Source: an uncultured delta proteobacterium (GTDB taxonomy: Bacteria > Myxococcota_A > Polyangia > Fen-1088). Taken from it: a stretch of 64,000 nucleotides of DNA. Positions 13,655 to 23,977 of this stretch are shown here, piece after piece. The stretch lies in assembly GCA_963767925.1 (NCBI GenBank), contig CAVYGB010000010.1, forward strand, positions 1,600,001-1,664,000, in the 5' to 3' direction. Below the pieces are notes generated by a model that was not told the DNA's origin, ran no database searches, and saw only the letters and a list, made by a program, of their open reading frames with translations. Each line of letters opens with the position of its first letter. The stretch's first letter is position 1. The translations under genes and the position numbers were made by a program.

Positions 13655-15073
13655 TCAGCCTGCTGGCAGGGTGACCTGGAAGGTGGCGCCGCGGGGGCTG
13701 GGGGCGAGCTCCAGGGTGCCGTGGTAGCTCTCGATGATCGATCGGCTGATCGAGAGGCCGAGGCCGGTGCCCTGGCCGGGGGACTTGGTGGTGAAGAAGG
13801 GATCGAAGATCTTGCGGGCGAGCTCGGACGGGATGCCCGGGCCATCGTCGCGGAAGAGCAGGCGCACCGTCGCGGGTCCGGCCTCGCCGCCGGCCCGGGC
13901 GGCGGTCACCGTGACGGGGCCGGCACCGTCCATGGCGTCGGCGGCGTTGAGCAGGAGGTTGACGAAGACCTGGCGCAGCCGGCCCGGTGAGACCTGGACC
14001 AGGGGCCAGGGGCCCGGGTCGGGCTCGGCGTGAAGCTCGATCCGCCGGAAGCGGGCCTGCGCGCGCAGGAGGGCCTCGGCCGAGCGGAGCACCGCCAGGG
14101 GCTCGGTGGCCTGGGCCTCCTCCCTGGTGGGGCGGGAATATTCGAGCAGGTCCTGGATGATCCGGTGAATGCGCTGGGTCTCTGCCTTGACCCGGTCGAG
14201 GGCGTCGCCCCGCTCCGCGGGCGTGAGGACAGCGCCGGGCCCCCCGGCGGTCGCCTCGGAGCGGAGGATCTCGGCGTAACCGAGCACGGCGGCCAGCGGG
14301 TTGCCGATCTCGTGCGCCACCCCGGCGGCGAGCTGCCCCACCGAGGCGAGCTTCTCGGTGCGGATGAGCTGCTCGCGCTGGAGCAGCAGCGACGAGGTCA
14401 TCTGGTTGAGGGCGTCGGCGAGGGCGGCGATCTCGCGCGGGCCGCCGGTCTCGATCCGCCGCTCCCACTCGCCGTTGCCCACCCGGGTGGTGGCGCTCTG
14501 CATGGCCTGCAGCGGCCGCACCACGAGGCGGGTCAGCACGAAGAAGCCCAGGCCGACGACGAGCAGGGCGTCGCCCGCGGCCAGCGCCAGCAGCACCCAG
14601 CCCGAGCGACCCAGCACGGTGGCGAACGGCGGGGGGGCGTCCATCACCAGACGGATCGCCCCCGCCACCCGGCGGCCCACCACCACGGGGGAGTAGGCGT
14701 GCAGCTCGATCACGCTGTCGCTGGCCCGGCGCCGGTAGTGCAGCACCGGCCCCACGCCTCCCAGCACGCCCCCCAGGGCCGTGCGCCGGTCGAGGCCGGC
14801 GGCCTCGGGCTCGGTGTGACTGGGGCGGCTCACGATCACCTTCTGATCGAGGGTCAGCACCTCGACGCGGGTGATCTCGCCCGGGCCCTCCAGGGCCCGC
14901 AGCACCGCGAGCAGGGAGGGGCGGTTCTCGGTCGCCTCGAGGGGCCGATCGGAGGCCACCACCGCCGACACCGCGCCGGCCAGCGCGCCCGACACCGCGC
15001 GGGCCGTCAACTCGCGCTGGCTGACGACGCTCTCGCCCGCGGCCCACAGGGCCAGGTACCCGGTCGACAACAT
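13655..15073 (-). CDS. Membrane sensor histidine kinase (HAMP-HisKA-HATPase)
   Basis: EKLASVGQLAAGVAHEIGNPL, QVFVNLLLNAADA, DDGPGI, FDPFFTTK, GTGLGL. The true start may lie slightly upstream because the frame is open to ~15226. Confidence 0.9.
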   Translation of the reverse strand: MLSTGYLALWAAGESVVSQRELTARAVSGALAGAVSAVVASDRPLEATENRPSLLAVLRALEGPGEITRVEVLTLDQKVIVSRPSHTEPEAAGLDRRTALGGVLGGVGPVLHYRRRASDSVIELHAYSPVVVGRRVAGAIRLVMDAPPPFATVLGRSGWVLLALAAGDALLVVGLGFFVLTRLVVRPLQAMQSATTRVGNGEWERRIETGGPREIAALADALNQMTSSLLLQREQLIRTEKLASVGQLAAGVAHEIGNPLAAVLGYAEILRSEATAGGPGAVLTPAERGDALDRVKAETQRIHRIIQDLLEYSRPTREEAQATEPLAVLRSAEALLRAQARFRRIELHAEPDPGPWPLVQVSPGRLRQVFVNLLLNAADAMDGAGPVTVTAARAGGEAGPATVRLLFRDDGPGIPSELARKIFDPFFTTKSPGQGTGLGLSISRSIIESYHGTLELAPSPRGATFQVTLPAG

Positions 15074-15226
15074 GGCGAAGCCGGTGACGAGGCCGAGCCC
15101 CGCCAGGATCTGGACCCGCAGGCCCAGCGGCTTCCAGCCCAGGCTGCGGCCCCAGAACGAGCCCTCCGGCTGCCCCCCTCCGCCCGCGATGGCCTCACCC
15201 TCCCCCGGTCGCGGGGCGGTGCCCCC

Positions 15227-15775
15227 TCAGGTCTGCAGCCACTTGATCGAGCAGCCAAGGGACGGACGCTGCTCGGCGGCGGGCGCCTGGCCCGCCAGCA
15301 GGGCATTCAGCGCGTCGGCCAGGTCGCGGCGGGTCACCTTGGCTGGATCCTTCCAGGAATCGTCGATGCGGCCCCGGTAGGCCAGCCGACGTTTTTCGTC
15401 GAAGACGAAGACGTCGGGGGTGCAGACCGCTCCGAAGGCCCGGGCCACCGACTGCGCTTCGTCATGCAGATAAGGAAAGCCGTAAGCCTTGTTGCGCCAG
15501 CGCTCGGCCAGCTTGTCGTACGCGTCGTCGGGATAGGAGGCTGCGTCGTTCGAGCAGACCCCCACGAACTGCACCTTGTCGCGGTACTCGCGGGCGAGCG
15601 CGATGAGCCTATCTTCGACCGCCTGGACGTAGGGGCAGTGGTTGCAGATGAACATCACCACCAGGACCGGCGCGGCGCCGAAGTCATCCCGCGTATAGGT
15701 CCTGCCGTCGACGGCGCGCAGCCGGAAGTCCGGACAGGCCGAACCGAGCGTCGGACGAGCACTTTCCACTGCCAT
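15227..15775 (-). CDS. Thioredoxin-family (AhpC/TSA-like) redoxin
   Basis: MFICNHCPYV, FPYLHDEAQSVARAFGAVCTPD, YRGRIDD, SLGCSIKW. Confidence 0.9.
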   Translation of the reverse strand: MAVESARPTLGSACPDFRLRAVDGRTYTRDDFGAAPVLVVMFICNHCPYVQAVEDRLIALAREYRDKVQFVGVCSNDAASYPDDAYDKLAERWRNKAYGFPYLHDEAQSVARAFGAVCTPDVFVFDEKRRLAYRGRIDDSWKDPAKVTRRDLADALNALLAGQAPAAEQRPSLGCSIKWLQT

Positions 15776-15965
15776 GACCGGCGCAGCATAACACGCCAGG
15801 CAAGACCCGGCCGGACCCGCCCGCTCCCGGAACGAGGCCCCCCGTCGACACGTTTTCAGACCCCGCGACACCCGATGGAGAAAAACAAAAAGAGTCGCTG
15901 CTGGTGCGGCTGGCCGGTCGTTCCGGCTTGGAATAGCTGGGCCGTTCGCGTAAACATGTCACACG

Positions 15966-16253
15966 ATGGAAAGTGCTCTGTCTACAGCACCTCCTGGCGG
16001 ACCACCGGTGGCTCCCGAGAGATTCGACGAGCTGCTGACCCGCCTGCGTGCCGTGGTGGAGCGATTAGAAGGGGGACACATCTCGCTCGAGGACGGCTTG
16101 CGCTGCTTCGAGGAGGGGATGACCTTGTGCAAGAGGGGCGCCGATATCCTCGACCAGGCTGAGCGGCGGGTGGAAATCCTGCTCGGCTCCGGCGCGCAGG
16201 GGCTACGGACCGCGCCGTTCGAGGCCGGCGCGAACACGCGGGGCGATGAATGA
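15966..16253 (+). CDS. xseB: Exodeoxyribonuclease VII small subunit
   Basis: FDELLTRLRAVVERLEGGHISLEDGLRCFEEGMTL...LDQAERRVEIL. Directly upstream of ispA. Confidence 0.92.
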   Translation: MESALSTAPPGGPPVAPERFDELLTRLRAVVERLEGGHISLEDGLRCFEEGMTLCKRGADILDQAERRVEILLGSGAQGLRTAPFEAGANTRGDE

Positions 16254-17113
16254 GTCACAAGTTCGATCTCGAGACATGGATGGCCGCGCGACGCGCGGAA
16301 GTGGAAAACGTGCTCAAGGCGCGGCTGCCGCCCCCGGAAGAAGATCCGGGACGGCTGGTCGAGGCCATGCGCTATTCGGTGCTGGCTCCGGGAAAACGGA
16401 TGCGGCCCTTGCTGGCGCTGGGAGCGGCGGAGGCGGTGGGGGCGGCTTCGGCCGAGCCCATCCGGCTGGCGGCGGCGGCGATCGAGCTGGTTCACACCTA
16501 CTCGCTGATCCACGACGACCTGCCCGCCATGGACAACGACGACGTCCGGCGGGGGCAGCCCTCGTGCCACAAGGCCTTCGGCGAAGCGACCGCGATCCTC
16601 GCGGGCGATGCGCTGTTGACCCTGGCCTTCGAGTGGCTGTCCGAGGCAGGTGTGCTGGCCCGGACCGCCCAGGAGGAAGGCCGCTGGGCCCGTTCCTCGC
16701 GGGCGGTGGGCTTCCTGCACGCCTCGCGGGCGCTGGCCCGGGCCGCCGGCATGACCGGGATGGTGAAGGGGCAGGCCCGGGACCTGAGCGGCAAGGCGCT
16801 CAAGAACCTGGCCGAGCTCGAGACGTTGCACCGGGAGAAGACCGGGGCGATGTTCCGGGCGGCGCTCGAGGTCGGCGCGCTGGCGGCGGGGGCTCCGGCC
16901 ACCGACCTGGCGGCGCTGCGTGACTTCGGCGACACCTACGGGGTTGCCTTCCAGCACGCCGACGATCTGGTCGACGGGGAGCACGCCGAGTTCGCCGCCG
17001 AGGCCAAGCCGCGGGTGCGCGAGCTGGCCGAACGGGCGGTGTCCACCCTCGAGGGCCTCGGCCCCAACGCCGAGCCCCTGCGGGCCATGGCCCGGGCCCT
17101 GGCGGCGCGCTGA
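16250..17113 (+). CDS. ispA: Polyprenyl (farnesyl/geranyl) diphosphate synthase
   Basis: GKRMRP, HTYSLIHDDLPAMDNDDVRRG, AILAGDALL, GQARD, KTGA, FQHADD. Confidence 0.92.
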   Translation: MSHKFDLETWMAARRAEVENVLKARLPPPEEDPGRLVEAMRYSVLAPGKRMRPLLALGAAEAVGAASAEPIRLAAAAIELVHTYSLIHDDLPAMDNDDVRRGQPSCHKAFGEATAILAGDALLTLAFEWLSEAGVLARTAQEEGRWARSSRAVGFLHASRALARAAGMTGMVKGQARDLSGKALKNLAELETLHREKTGAMFRAALEVGALAAGAPATDLAALRDFGDTYGVAFQHADDLVDGEHAEFAAEAKPRVRELAERAVSTLEGLGPNAEPLRAMARALAAR

Positions 17114-17214
17114 GCGGGGCAGCCCCCCCCCCAGGGGTCCTGTACAAGACGTCAGGGTGCAAGCCTGCCGCGCCATCGGCCGCGCGTCGGTGTTAATATG
17201 GTGGTTCCGGTACC

Positions 17215-18114
17215 GTGAGCTGGGACGACACCACGCAGATCAAGGCACCGCCGTCGGATGCGGCCGCGGTCGATCCCAAGCGCGTGGAGGCCTACCTCAT
17301 CGTGCTTGCCGGCTCGAGCGTCGGTGAGATGTTCAAGCTCAACCGCCCGCGCACCGTGATCGGTCGCGGGCCCACCGCCGAGATCCGCATCCTCGACGAG
17401 GGGGTCTCGCGCGAGCACTGCGAGGTGCTGCGCGAGGGGGAGAAGGTCATCCTGCGCGACCTGCGCTCGACCAACGGCACCTTCTGCCGGGGGGCCGCCG
17501 TCGAGAGCCTGGAGCTGGGCGACGGAGACAAGATCCTCGTCGGCAGCGGGACCGTCCTCAAGTTCACCTACCACGACAAGCTCGACGAGGACTTCCAGCG
17601 GCAGATGCTGGAGTCGGTCCTGCGCGACGACCTGACGAAGGCCTTCAACAAGAAGTACTTCCTCGACCGGGTCGAGAGCGAGTTCGCCTACGCCGTCCGG
17701 CACAACGTCCCGGTGGCCCTGGTCTCCTTCGACATCGATCACTTCAAGCAGACCAACGACACCTACGGACACCAGGCCGGGGACGAGGTGTTGATCGAGG
17801 TGGCCAGCGCCGTGCAGGGTACCGTACGGGTGGAGGACGTCTTCGCCCGGGTGGGCGGCGAGGAGTTCTCGATCGTCTGCCGGGGGGCGGATCTGATGCA
17901 AGGTAGGATCGTGGGGGATCGGGTGCGCTACGCAGTCGAGAAGCGCAAGATCAGCCACGAAGGCCGCCCCATCCCCATCACCATCAGCGTGGGGGTGGCG
18001 GCGGTCCCCTCGCCCACGATCCGCGACGCCACCGAGTTCATCTCCGCGGCCGACCAGATGCTGTACGAGGCCAAGCGCACGGGCCGCAACCGCGTCTGCC
18101 TCTGGAGCAGGTAG
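17215..18114 (+). CDS. FHA-GGDEF diguanylate cyclase
   Basis: FHA motifs (IGRG...VSREHC...DLRSTNGT) and GGDEF-domain motifs (DIDHFKQTNDTYGHQAGD, ARVGGEEF). Confidence 0.92.
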   Translation: MSWDDTTQIKAPPSDAAAVDPKRVEAYLIVLAGSSVGEMFKLNRPRTVIGRGPTAEIRILDEGVSREHCEVLREGEKVILRDLRSTNGTFCRGAAVESLELGDGDKILVGSGTVLKFTYHDKLDEDFQRQMLESVLRDDLTKAFNKKYFLDRVESEFAYAVRHNVPVALVSFDIDHFKQTNDTYGHQAGDEVLIEVASAVQGTVRVEDVFARVGGEEFSIVCRGADLMQGRIVGDRVRYAVEKRKISHEGRPIPITISVGVAAVPSPTIRDATEFISAADQMLYEAKRTGRNRVCLWSR

Positions 18115-18143
18115 AATAGCCCCGGGGCCCGCGGCCCCGTCCG

Positions 18144-20639
18144 ATGAACCAGCGCCTGGCCAACCGCCTCGTCCGGATCGCCCTCGCCGGTCTCGGCCTG
18201 CTCGGGCCGACGACCGCCGCGGCGATGTGGATCCGTCCCGGCGTCCGGCAGGTCACCGCGCCGGAGGACAAGCCCACCCGCTTCGACCGCCGCTGGCTCG
18301 AGCCCTACTTCGCCAGCGGGGCGGGGGCGGCGGCGGCCGAGAGCTTTCGGCGCCAGGACTGGCGGACCGCCGTGACCCGGCTGCAGGAGCTGTCGCGCAA
18401 GCTGCCCGCCGGGTCGCCCGAGCGGCTGGGGGCCCGCTACCTGCAGGCCCTGGCCCACACCGAGATCTACGAGTGGGCGCCGGCGCGCGATCTCTTCGAG
18501 CAGCTCTACCAGCACTACCCGGTGCTGGCGCCTTACCACGCCTTCGAGGTGGCCCGCTGCCGGCTGCAGCTCGGCGACGCGGCCGGGGCCCTGGCCTGGA
18601 TCGCCAGGGTGCCGGAGGGGTCCGTGCCCGAGGGTGAGGCCCGGCTGCTGAAGATGCAGGCCCTGGCCGACACGCGGCAGTGGGAGGCGGTCGAGCAGGA
18701 GACCGCCCGCTACCTGGAGCGTTTCCCGAACGGGCGCCGCTCGGAGGCGATGTTCCGGCAGGCCGAGGCTTTGGAGAACCTGAACCGGGAGGTCGCCCGC
18801 ATCGCGGCCATCTACCGGCGGATCTGGGCCGAGGCGCCCCTCGAGAGCTGGGGGCGGCGGGCCGAGGAGCGGCTCACGGCGCTGGCCGGGGAGGCCGCTA
18901 CCGCGGCGCCCGGGACACCCAAGACCGCGGCCGGGGCGGGGGCCCGGATGGCGCCGGCCGACTTCAAGCGCTTCTCGCCGAGCGAGTGGCTGACCCGGGG
19001 CATGGTGTTCTTCGACCGCAACCAGAACGAGCGGGCCGAGTCGGCCTTCGCGGCGGCGCTGGCCGAGGCCAACGTGGCCCTGCCCGCCGGCCCCGGGGGG
19101 GCGGAGCTGCGTTGCCAGGCGGAGTACCACCGGGCCCAGAGCATCTTCAAGCAGCGGCAGCGCCCGCGGGCGGCGCCGGCCTTCCTGCAGGCCGAGGCGG
19201 CCTGCAAGCAGGCGGGCAACAGCGATCTGCTGACGAAGTCCCGCTACCAGGGCGCCCGCTGCCTGGCCACCGCCGGCGAGCGCCAGACGGCCCTCGAGAA
19301 ATACGCCCTCATCGAGCAGGAGGCGCCCGGGCACAGCTACGCCGACGACGCCCGCATCCGGGCGGCCGAGCTGCACACCGACGTCGGCGAGAACGACAAG
19401 GCCGCCGCCCTGCTGGCCGACCTGCCCGACCGCTACCCCACCGGCGACATGCTGGGGGAGGCCCTCTGGCGGCTGGCCCTGGCCGCCATCCGCCAGGGGC
19501 GCTGGCCCGAGGCCCACCGCTGGCTGGACGAGAACCTGCGCCGGGTGCCCCGCGAGGAGGTCTGGTACGCCGAGGGGCGAGCCTATTACTGGAAGGCCCG
19601 GGTCTTCACCCGGCAGCAGGACCCGGTGCAGGCGCTGGCCGCCTACGAGTCGGCGATCCGGAAGTACCCGCTGTCGGTCTACGCCCTGCTCAGCCTGGAG
19701 CGGATGCGGACCGAAAATCCGCGGGCCCGGGCCGCCCTGCTCAAGGAGCTGCGGGCGCCCGATCCGGCGCACGCCGCCTGGCAGTTCGCGCCCCGCCCGG
19801 CCTACGGCAAGCCGGAGTTCCGCCGGGCGGTGGAGCTGGCCCGGCTGGGGCTGGGCAGCGACGCGCGCCGGGAGCTGTCCCGGATCGGCTTCAACGCTCC
19901 CGCCACCCGCGACGCCGCCCGCACCAGCCCGCCCGCCGACGAGGAGCAGCAGGACGTCTACCTGCTGACCGCCATGTTGCTCGACCGGGGGCGGATCTGG
20001 AGCGCGGCCCACGCCATCCCCCGCTATTCGCTGACCGGGTACCGCACCAGCTATCCCCGCGGGCGGCTCGAGACCTTGTGGCGGCTGGCCTACCCCCGCG
20101 CCTTCCCCGAGCTGATCGGGCCCGCCTGCCGGGCCAGCAAGGTCCCCGAGCCCCTGCAGCTCGCCATCATGCGCGAGGAGAGCTCGTTCAACCCTCGGGT
20201 CGAGTCGGTGGCCAACGCGCTCGGGCTGACGCAGATGCTGGTCAAGACCGCGGCCCGCTTCTCCGACCGCTCGGTGAGCCGGGAGACGCTGCTCGACCCG
20301 GCCCGCAACGTCGAGCTGGGGTCGCGTTACCTCGGCTTCTTGCTCGAGCGCTACAACCGCATGCCGCCGCTGGCCATCGCGAGCTACAACGGCGGGGAGG
20401 GGGCGGTCGATCGCTGGCTGCGCGAGCGCGGCGAGCTCGAGCTCGACGAGTTCATCGAGACCATCCCCTTCGACGAGACCCGCAACTACACCAAGCGGGT
20501 GCTGTCCTCCTTCCTCACCTACGGCTGGCTCTACGACGCCAAGAACCCGGTGCCCGAGCTGAGCTTCTCGCTCAAGCCCCCCCGCCCGGAGCGGGTGGGC
20601 CGCCCGCCCGCCCGCAGCTCCAAGACCCGCCCGCAGTGA
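18144..20639 (+). CDS. Soluble lytic murein transglycosylase (Slt70-like, TPR-like N-region)
   Basis: Signal peptide, helical repeats, and SLT motifs AIMREESSFN, ALGLTQML, ASYNGGEG, ETRNYTKRV. Confidence 0.9.
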   Translation: MNQRLANRLVRIALAGLGLLGPTTAAAMWIRPGVRQVTAPEDKPTRFDRRWLEPYFASGAGAAAAESFRRQDWRTAVTRLQELSRKLPAGSPERLGARYLQALAHTEIYEWAPARDLFEQLYQHYPVLAPYHAFEVARCRLQLGDAAGALAWIARVPEGSVPEGEARLLKMQALADTRQWEAVEQETARYLERFPNGRRSEAMFRQAEALENLNREVARIAAIYRRIWAEAPLESWGRRAEERLTALAGEAATAAPGTPKTAAGAGARMAPADFKRFSPSEWLTRGMVFFDRNQNERAESAFAAALAEANVALPAGPGGAELRCQAEYHRAQSIFKQRQRPRAAPAFLQAEAACKQAGNSDLLTKSRYQGARCLATAGERQTALEKYALIEQEAPGHSYADDARIRAAELHTDVGENDKAAALLADLPDRYPTGDMLGEALWRLALAAIRQGRWPEAHRWLDENLRRVPREEVWYAEGRAYYWKARVFTRQQDPVQALAAYESAIRKYPLSVYALLSLERMRTENPRARAALLKELRAPDPAHAAWQFAPRPAYGKPEFRRAVELARLGLGSDARRELSRIGFNAPATRDAARTSPPADEEQQDVYLLTAMLLDRGRIWSAAHAIPRYSLTGYRTSYPRGRLETLWRLAYPRAFPELIGPACRASKVPEPLQLAIMREESSFNPRVESVANALGLTQMLVKTAARFSDRSVSRETLLDPARNVELGSRYLGFLLERYNRMPPLAIASYNGGEGAVDRWLRERGELELDEFIETIPFDETRNYTKRVLSSFLTYGWLYDAKNPVPELSFSLKPPRPERVGRPPARSSKTRPQ

Positions 20640-21065
20640 ACGCAGGGCTGCTCAGCCAGGCGCGGCGAGGTACCCCTCCCGCAAGACGCCGGGCCCCTCG
20701 CCGCCCCGCGGGGAGAGGGCAAACGGGCAGCTGGGATGCCTGACTCAACAGCCTTGGCGCCGGCGGACCGTCCGCGCGCGCTCTGACCGGGGGCTGCGCC
20801 GGCGCGGCGGTCATATCGAACCGCTATGGATGAGGTTTGGTGCCGCAGGGGGCGGGGGAGGATTCTGTAGCGACGGGTGAGAAAACGATACCAGTGCCGC
20901 CAATCCCACAGGTGAGGCAATGACAGATGCTGGACCGCACGGGCATCGCTCGTAGGTCCTTCGCTGTGGGCGCCTCGCTTGAGGCGGTGAGCGCGGGTTC
21001 GCCGGCGGTTGGAGAGAGCCGCTCGGCGAGACGCGATCAGCGTCGTTCGTAAAAAGAGGTGCAAC

Positions 21066-22988
21066 ATGGCGCGCGTTAGATTGAGTAGGTCGGTGGCCGT
21101 GTTCCTTCTCGCAGCGGCGGGATGTGGACCGGGTTCTGTGGGGGCGCCAGGGATGACGCCCGGTCCGAATCCACCGGCGACTCCGCCGGCGGTGACGCCC
21201 CCGGTGGTCAACCCACCCGTGGTCAGCCCGCCGGTGACCGGGCCGCCCGTGACCCCGCCAACCCCCCCGGTCAACCCACCCAACCCGCCGCCGGTCGTTC
21301 CCCCGATTCCGCCCGCCGTGGGCGCGGAGATGCCGGCGGAGGTCGTCGCCCTCTTGCAGTCGCGCTGCTCGCAGTGCCACACCTACGGCGAACGTGACAC
21401 CGCCGGCTGGGGATCGGTGCTCGATCTGAGCCGCATGGTGGCCTCGGACATCGTCGTGCCGGGCAACCCCGATGGCTCCCGCCTGTACCAGCGGGTGGCC
21501 GTCCGGGTGGACATGCCCCTCAACGGCACCCGCCTGTCGCCCGACGAGGTCGGCCTGCTGCGCAACTGGATCACCGGCATGGGCCGGCCCTTCAAGCAGC
21601 CCCGCACCAACGAGCAGATCCTCGACGTGATCGCGGCCGACAACGACCGCATCTTCTTCAGCGACCCCGATCCCAACCAGACCGAGGCGGATCAATACCG
21701 CTACCTCAGCCTGGCCCACTTCGTGGACGAGGGGCGCGCGGTGGCCGAGGTCAAGGCGGCGGAGAGCGTGTTGCAGCTCGTGATGAACTCGCTGTCGAAC
21801 CGCCCGCAGCTCGTGAAGATGCAGGCCGTCGACGAGGCCCGCACCATCTTCCGCTTCAACCTCACCGACCTGGGGTGGACCAAGCAGGACTGGGACAACC
21901 TGGTGACCTTTTACCCGTATTGCATCCAGTCCAACCAGTTCAACCACAGCATCCTGTACGATCGGCTCGACACCCAGGCGCCCTACGTGCGGGCCGACTG
22001 GCTGTTCGCCACCGCGACGAAGAGCCCGCTCTACGAGCAGCTCCTGCGCATCCCCGCCACCCTCGACGAGCTGGCCCAGGACCTGGGCGTCGACGTGGCC
22101 GGCAACATCAACCACATCGGCCAGGCCGAGCCCGAGGACGTGGTGCGCATCGGGTTCCGGGCTTCGGGCGTCTCCTCCCAGAACCGGATCATCGAGCGCC
22201 ACGCCCGGGGCAACGGGGCCGCGCTGTGGATCAGCTACGACTTCGCCAACAACGACGGCGTGGCCGACATCCGCAACAACCCGCTCGGTCCCGAGGCGAT
22301 CGATCAGCGCAACTTCCGGCGGACCTTCACCCAGGCGGGCGGCGAGATCATCTACACCCTCGACAACGGCCTGCAGGGCTACCTGCTCGTCGACGGCGTG
22401 GGGAACCGCATCAGCGAGGCTCCGAAGCAGATCGTGCGGGACCCCCGCCGCCCGGGCGGGGCGGTGGAAAACGGCATCTCCTGCATCAACTGCCACGGCG
22501 TCGGCGGCATGATCCCGGCCCGGGTCTACGACGAGATCTCGCGCTTCGCCGAGACCAACGCCAACCTCTTCTCGGTGGACGAGCTGCGGGAGATCCGCGC
22601 CCTGTACGCGCCGGAGGGGGCCGACCTGCTGAACGACGACGCCGCCCAGTACCGCCGGGTCAAGGGCAACCTGACCACCGAGATGGCCGCCACCGGCCAG
22701 ATCGAATACGACGACTTCGTCACCCTCTCCGGTCAATACGAGGCCGAGGTGGGTCTGCGTGCGGCGGCGACCGAGATGGGGATCGACGTCGGCACGGCCC
22801 GCTCGATCGTCGTGCGCGGGAACAACGAAGGCGACCTGCCGCTGGTGGGGACCGACCCGCTGGTGCCCCGCGCGGTGTTCCAGTGCAAGTACCGCGACCT
22901 GCTGCAACAAGCGACCGGCGATGCCGTGCAATGCAACGGCACCTTCAACAACCAGGCCCTCGTCAACTTCTGCAACACGTTGCGCTGA
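21066..22988 (+). CDS. Lipoprotein with two c-type heme motifs (N-terminal planctomycete-type cytochrome c domain)
   Basis: Lipobox LAAAGC, Pro-rich linker, CSQCH followed by IVVPGNPDGSRLY...MP, and a second CINCH. AAGAGG RBS before ATG 21066. Confidence 0.78.
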   Translation: MARVRLSRSVAVFLLAAAGCGPGSVGAPGMTPGPNPPATPPAVTPPVVNPPVVSPPVTGPPVTPPTPPVNPPNPPPVVPPIPPAVGAEMPAEVVALLQSRCSQCHTYGERDTAGWGSVLDLSRMVASDIVVPGNPDGSRLYQRVAVRVDMPLNGTRLSPDEVGLLRNWITGMGRPFKQPRTNEQILDVIAADNDRIFFSDPDPNQTEADQYRYLSLAHFVDEGRAVAEVKAAESVLQLVMNSLSNRPQLVKMQAVDEARTIFRFNLTDLGWTKQDWDNLVTFYPYCIQSNQFNHSILYDRLDTQAPYVRADWLFATATKSPLYEQLLRIPATLDELAQDLGVDVAGNINHIGQAEPEDVVRIGFRASGVSSQNRIIERHARGNGAALWISYDFANNDGVADIRNNPLGPEAIDQRNFRRTFTQAGGEIIYTLDNGLQGYLLVDGVGNRISEAPKQIVRDPRRPGGAVENGISCINCHGVGGMIPARVYDEISRFAETNANLFSVDELREIRALYAPEGADLLNDDAAQYRRVKGNLTTEMAATGQIEYDDFVTLSGQYEAEVGLRAAATEMGIDVGTARSIVVRGNNEGDLPLVGTDPLVPRAVFQCKYRDLLQQATGDAVQCNGTFNNQALVNFCNTLR

Positions 22989-23051
22989 GCCTGGGCGCTG
23001 GCGCGGGACCCGCCGAGGATCCCGCCGCCTGACGACATGAACCAGACCGTT

Positions 23052-23090
23052 GCGCGGGGTCCCGGAAGGGGATCCCGCGCTCTTCTTTTC
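23052..23090 (+). terminator. Probable intrinsic terminator
   Basis: 12-bp stem GCGCGGGGTCCC/GGGATCCCGCGC followed by TCTTCTTTTC. Confidence 0.6.
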
Positions 23091-23181
23091 TGGAGGCTGC
23101 ACCACCTGGTCTCGCGCGGGCTCGGGTCCCGATTGAGCGGCCCCCGGCAACCGCCGATGTGGAGGGTCGGAGTCCACGGCG

Positions 23182-23960
23182 ATGTTCGAGGCGTTCGTCA
23201 AGCAGGGCAAGGACGGCCGGGGGTCCGGCCTCACCCGGCGGGTGATGTTCATGGTGTCGTTCGCCCTGCACGGAGCCCTGCTCTGCGGGGCGGTGTTTCA
23301 CTCGTTCTGGAACGTCGACGAGCTGTCCCCACCGGCGGTGACCGTCACCTTCATCAGCGCCATGGTCGCCCCGCCCCCGCCACCCCCGCCGCCGGCGGCG
23401 GCGGCCAGGGTGGAGAAGGCGGAGAAGCCCCGGGCGAAGAAGCCGACGCCCGAGCCGACGGCGATCGTGCAGCCCACGCCGGAGCCGGTCGTGCAACCGC
23501 CCGAGGTGAAGCCCGAGCCGGCGGAGGCCACCGAGACCGCCGAGGCCGGCCCCGCCGAAGCAGCCCCCGGCGCGGTGGCCGGCGGCGTCGAGGGTGGCGT
23601 GGCTGGAGGGGTCCTCGGCCGGGTGGCTCCCCCCCGCCGCCGGCGCCGACCGGGCCGGTGACCATCGCCCCCAACGTCGGGACCGCCCAGCGGATGACCG
23701 ACCTGGAAGATCCGCGCTACCGCCCGACCCTGCCCCCCGCGCTCAACCGGCCGGGCATGTCGATCTGGGGCGTGTTCCGGATCTGCGTCTCGACCAGCGG
23801 CCGCGTCTCCGAGGTGACGACGATCAAGTCGGCCGATCCGGCGGTCGACCTCGACTGGATCGCGAAGATCAAGACCTGGCAATACCGGCCCTACTCGGTG
23901 GACGGCAAGGCGGTCCCCTTCTGTCACCCGGCGCGCATCCTCGTGAAATCGACGAGCTAG
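23182..23960 (+). CDS. TonB family energy transducer (frameshift in C7 run at ~23629-23635)
   Basis: N-terminal TM with SFALHG, Pro-rich spacer and GGVEGGVAGGVLG. The TonB_C domain (ICVSTSGRV...WQYRPYSVDGKAV) is in the adjacent frame. Confidence 0.8.
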
Positions 23961-23977
23961 CGCAGCGTCTCCCAGCA

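Noticed and set aside
20760..21065. Riboswitch or ncRNA in the long leader of the diheme lipoprotein
   Set aside because: I could not recognise any known aptamer consensus by eye. An Rfam/Infernal scan would be needed.
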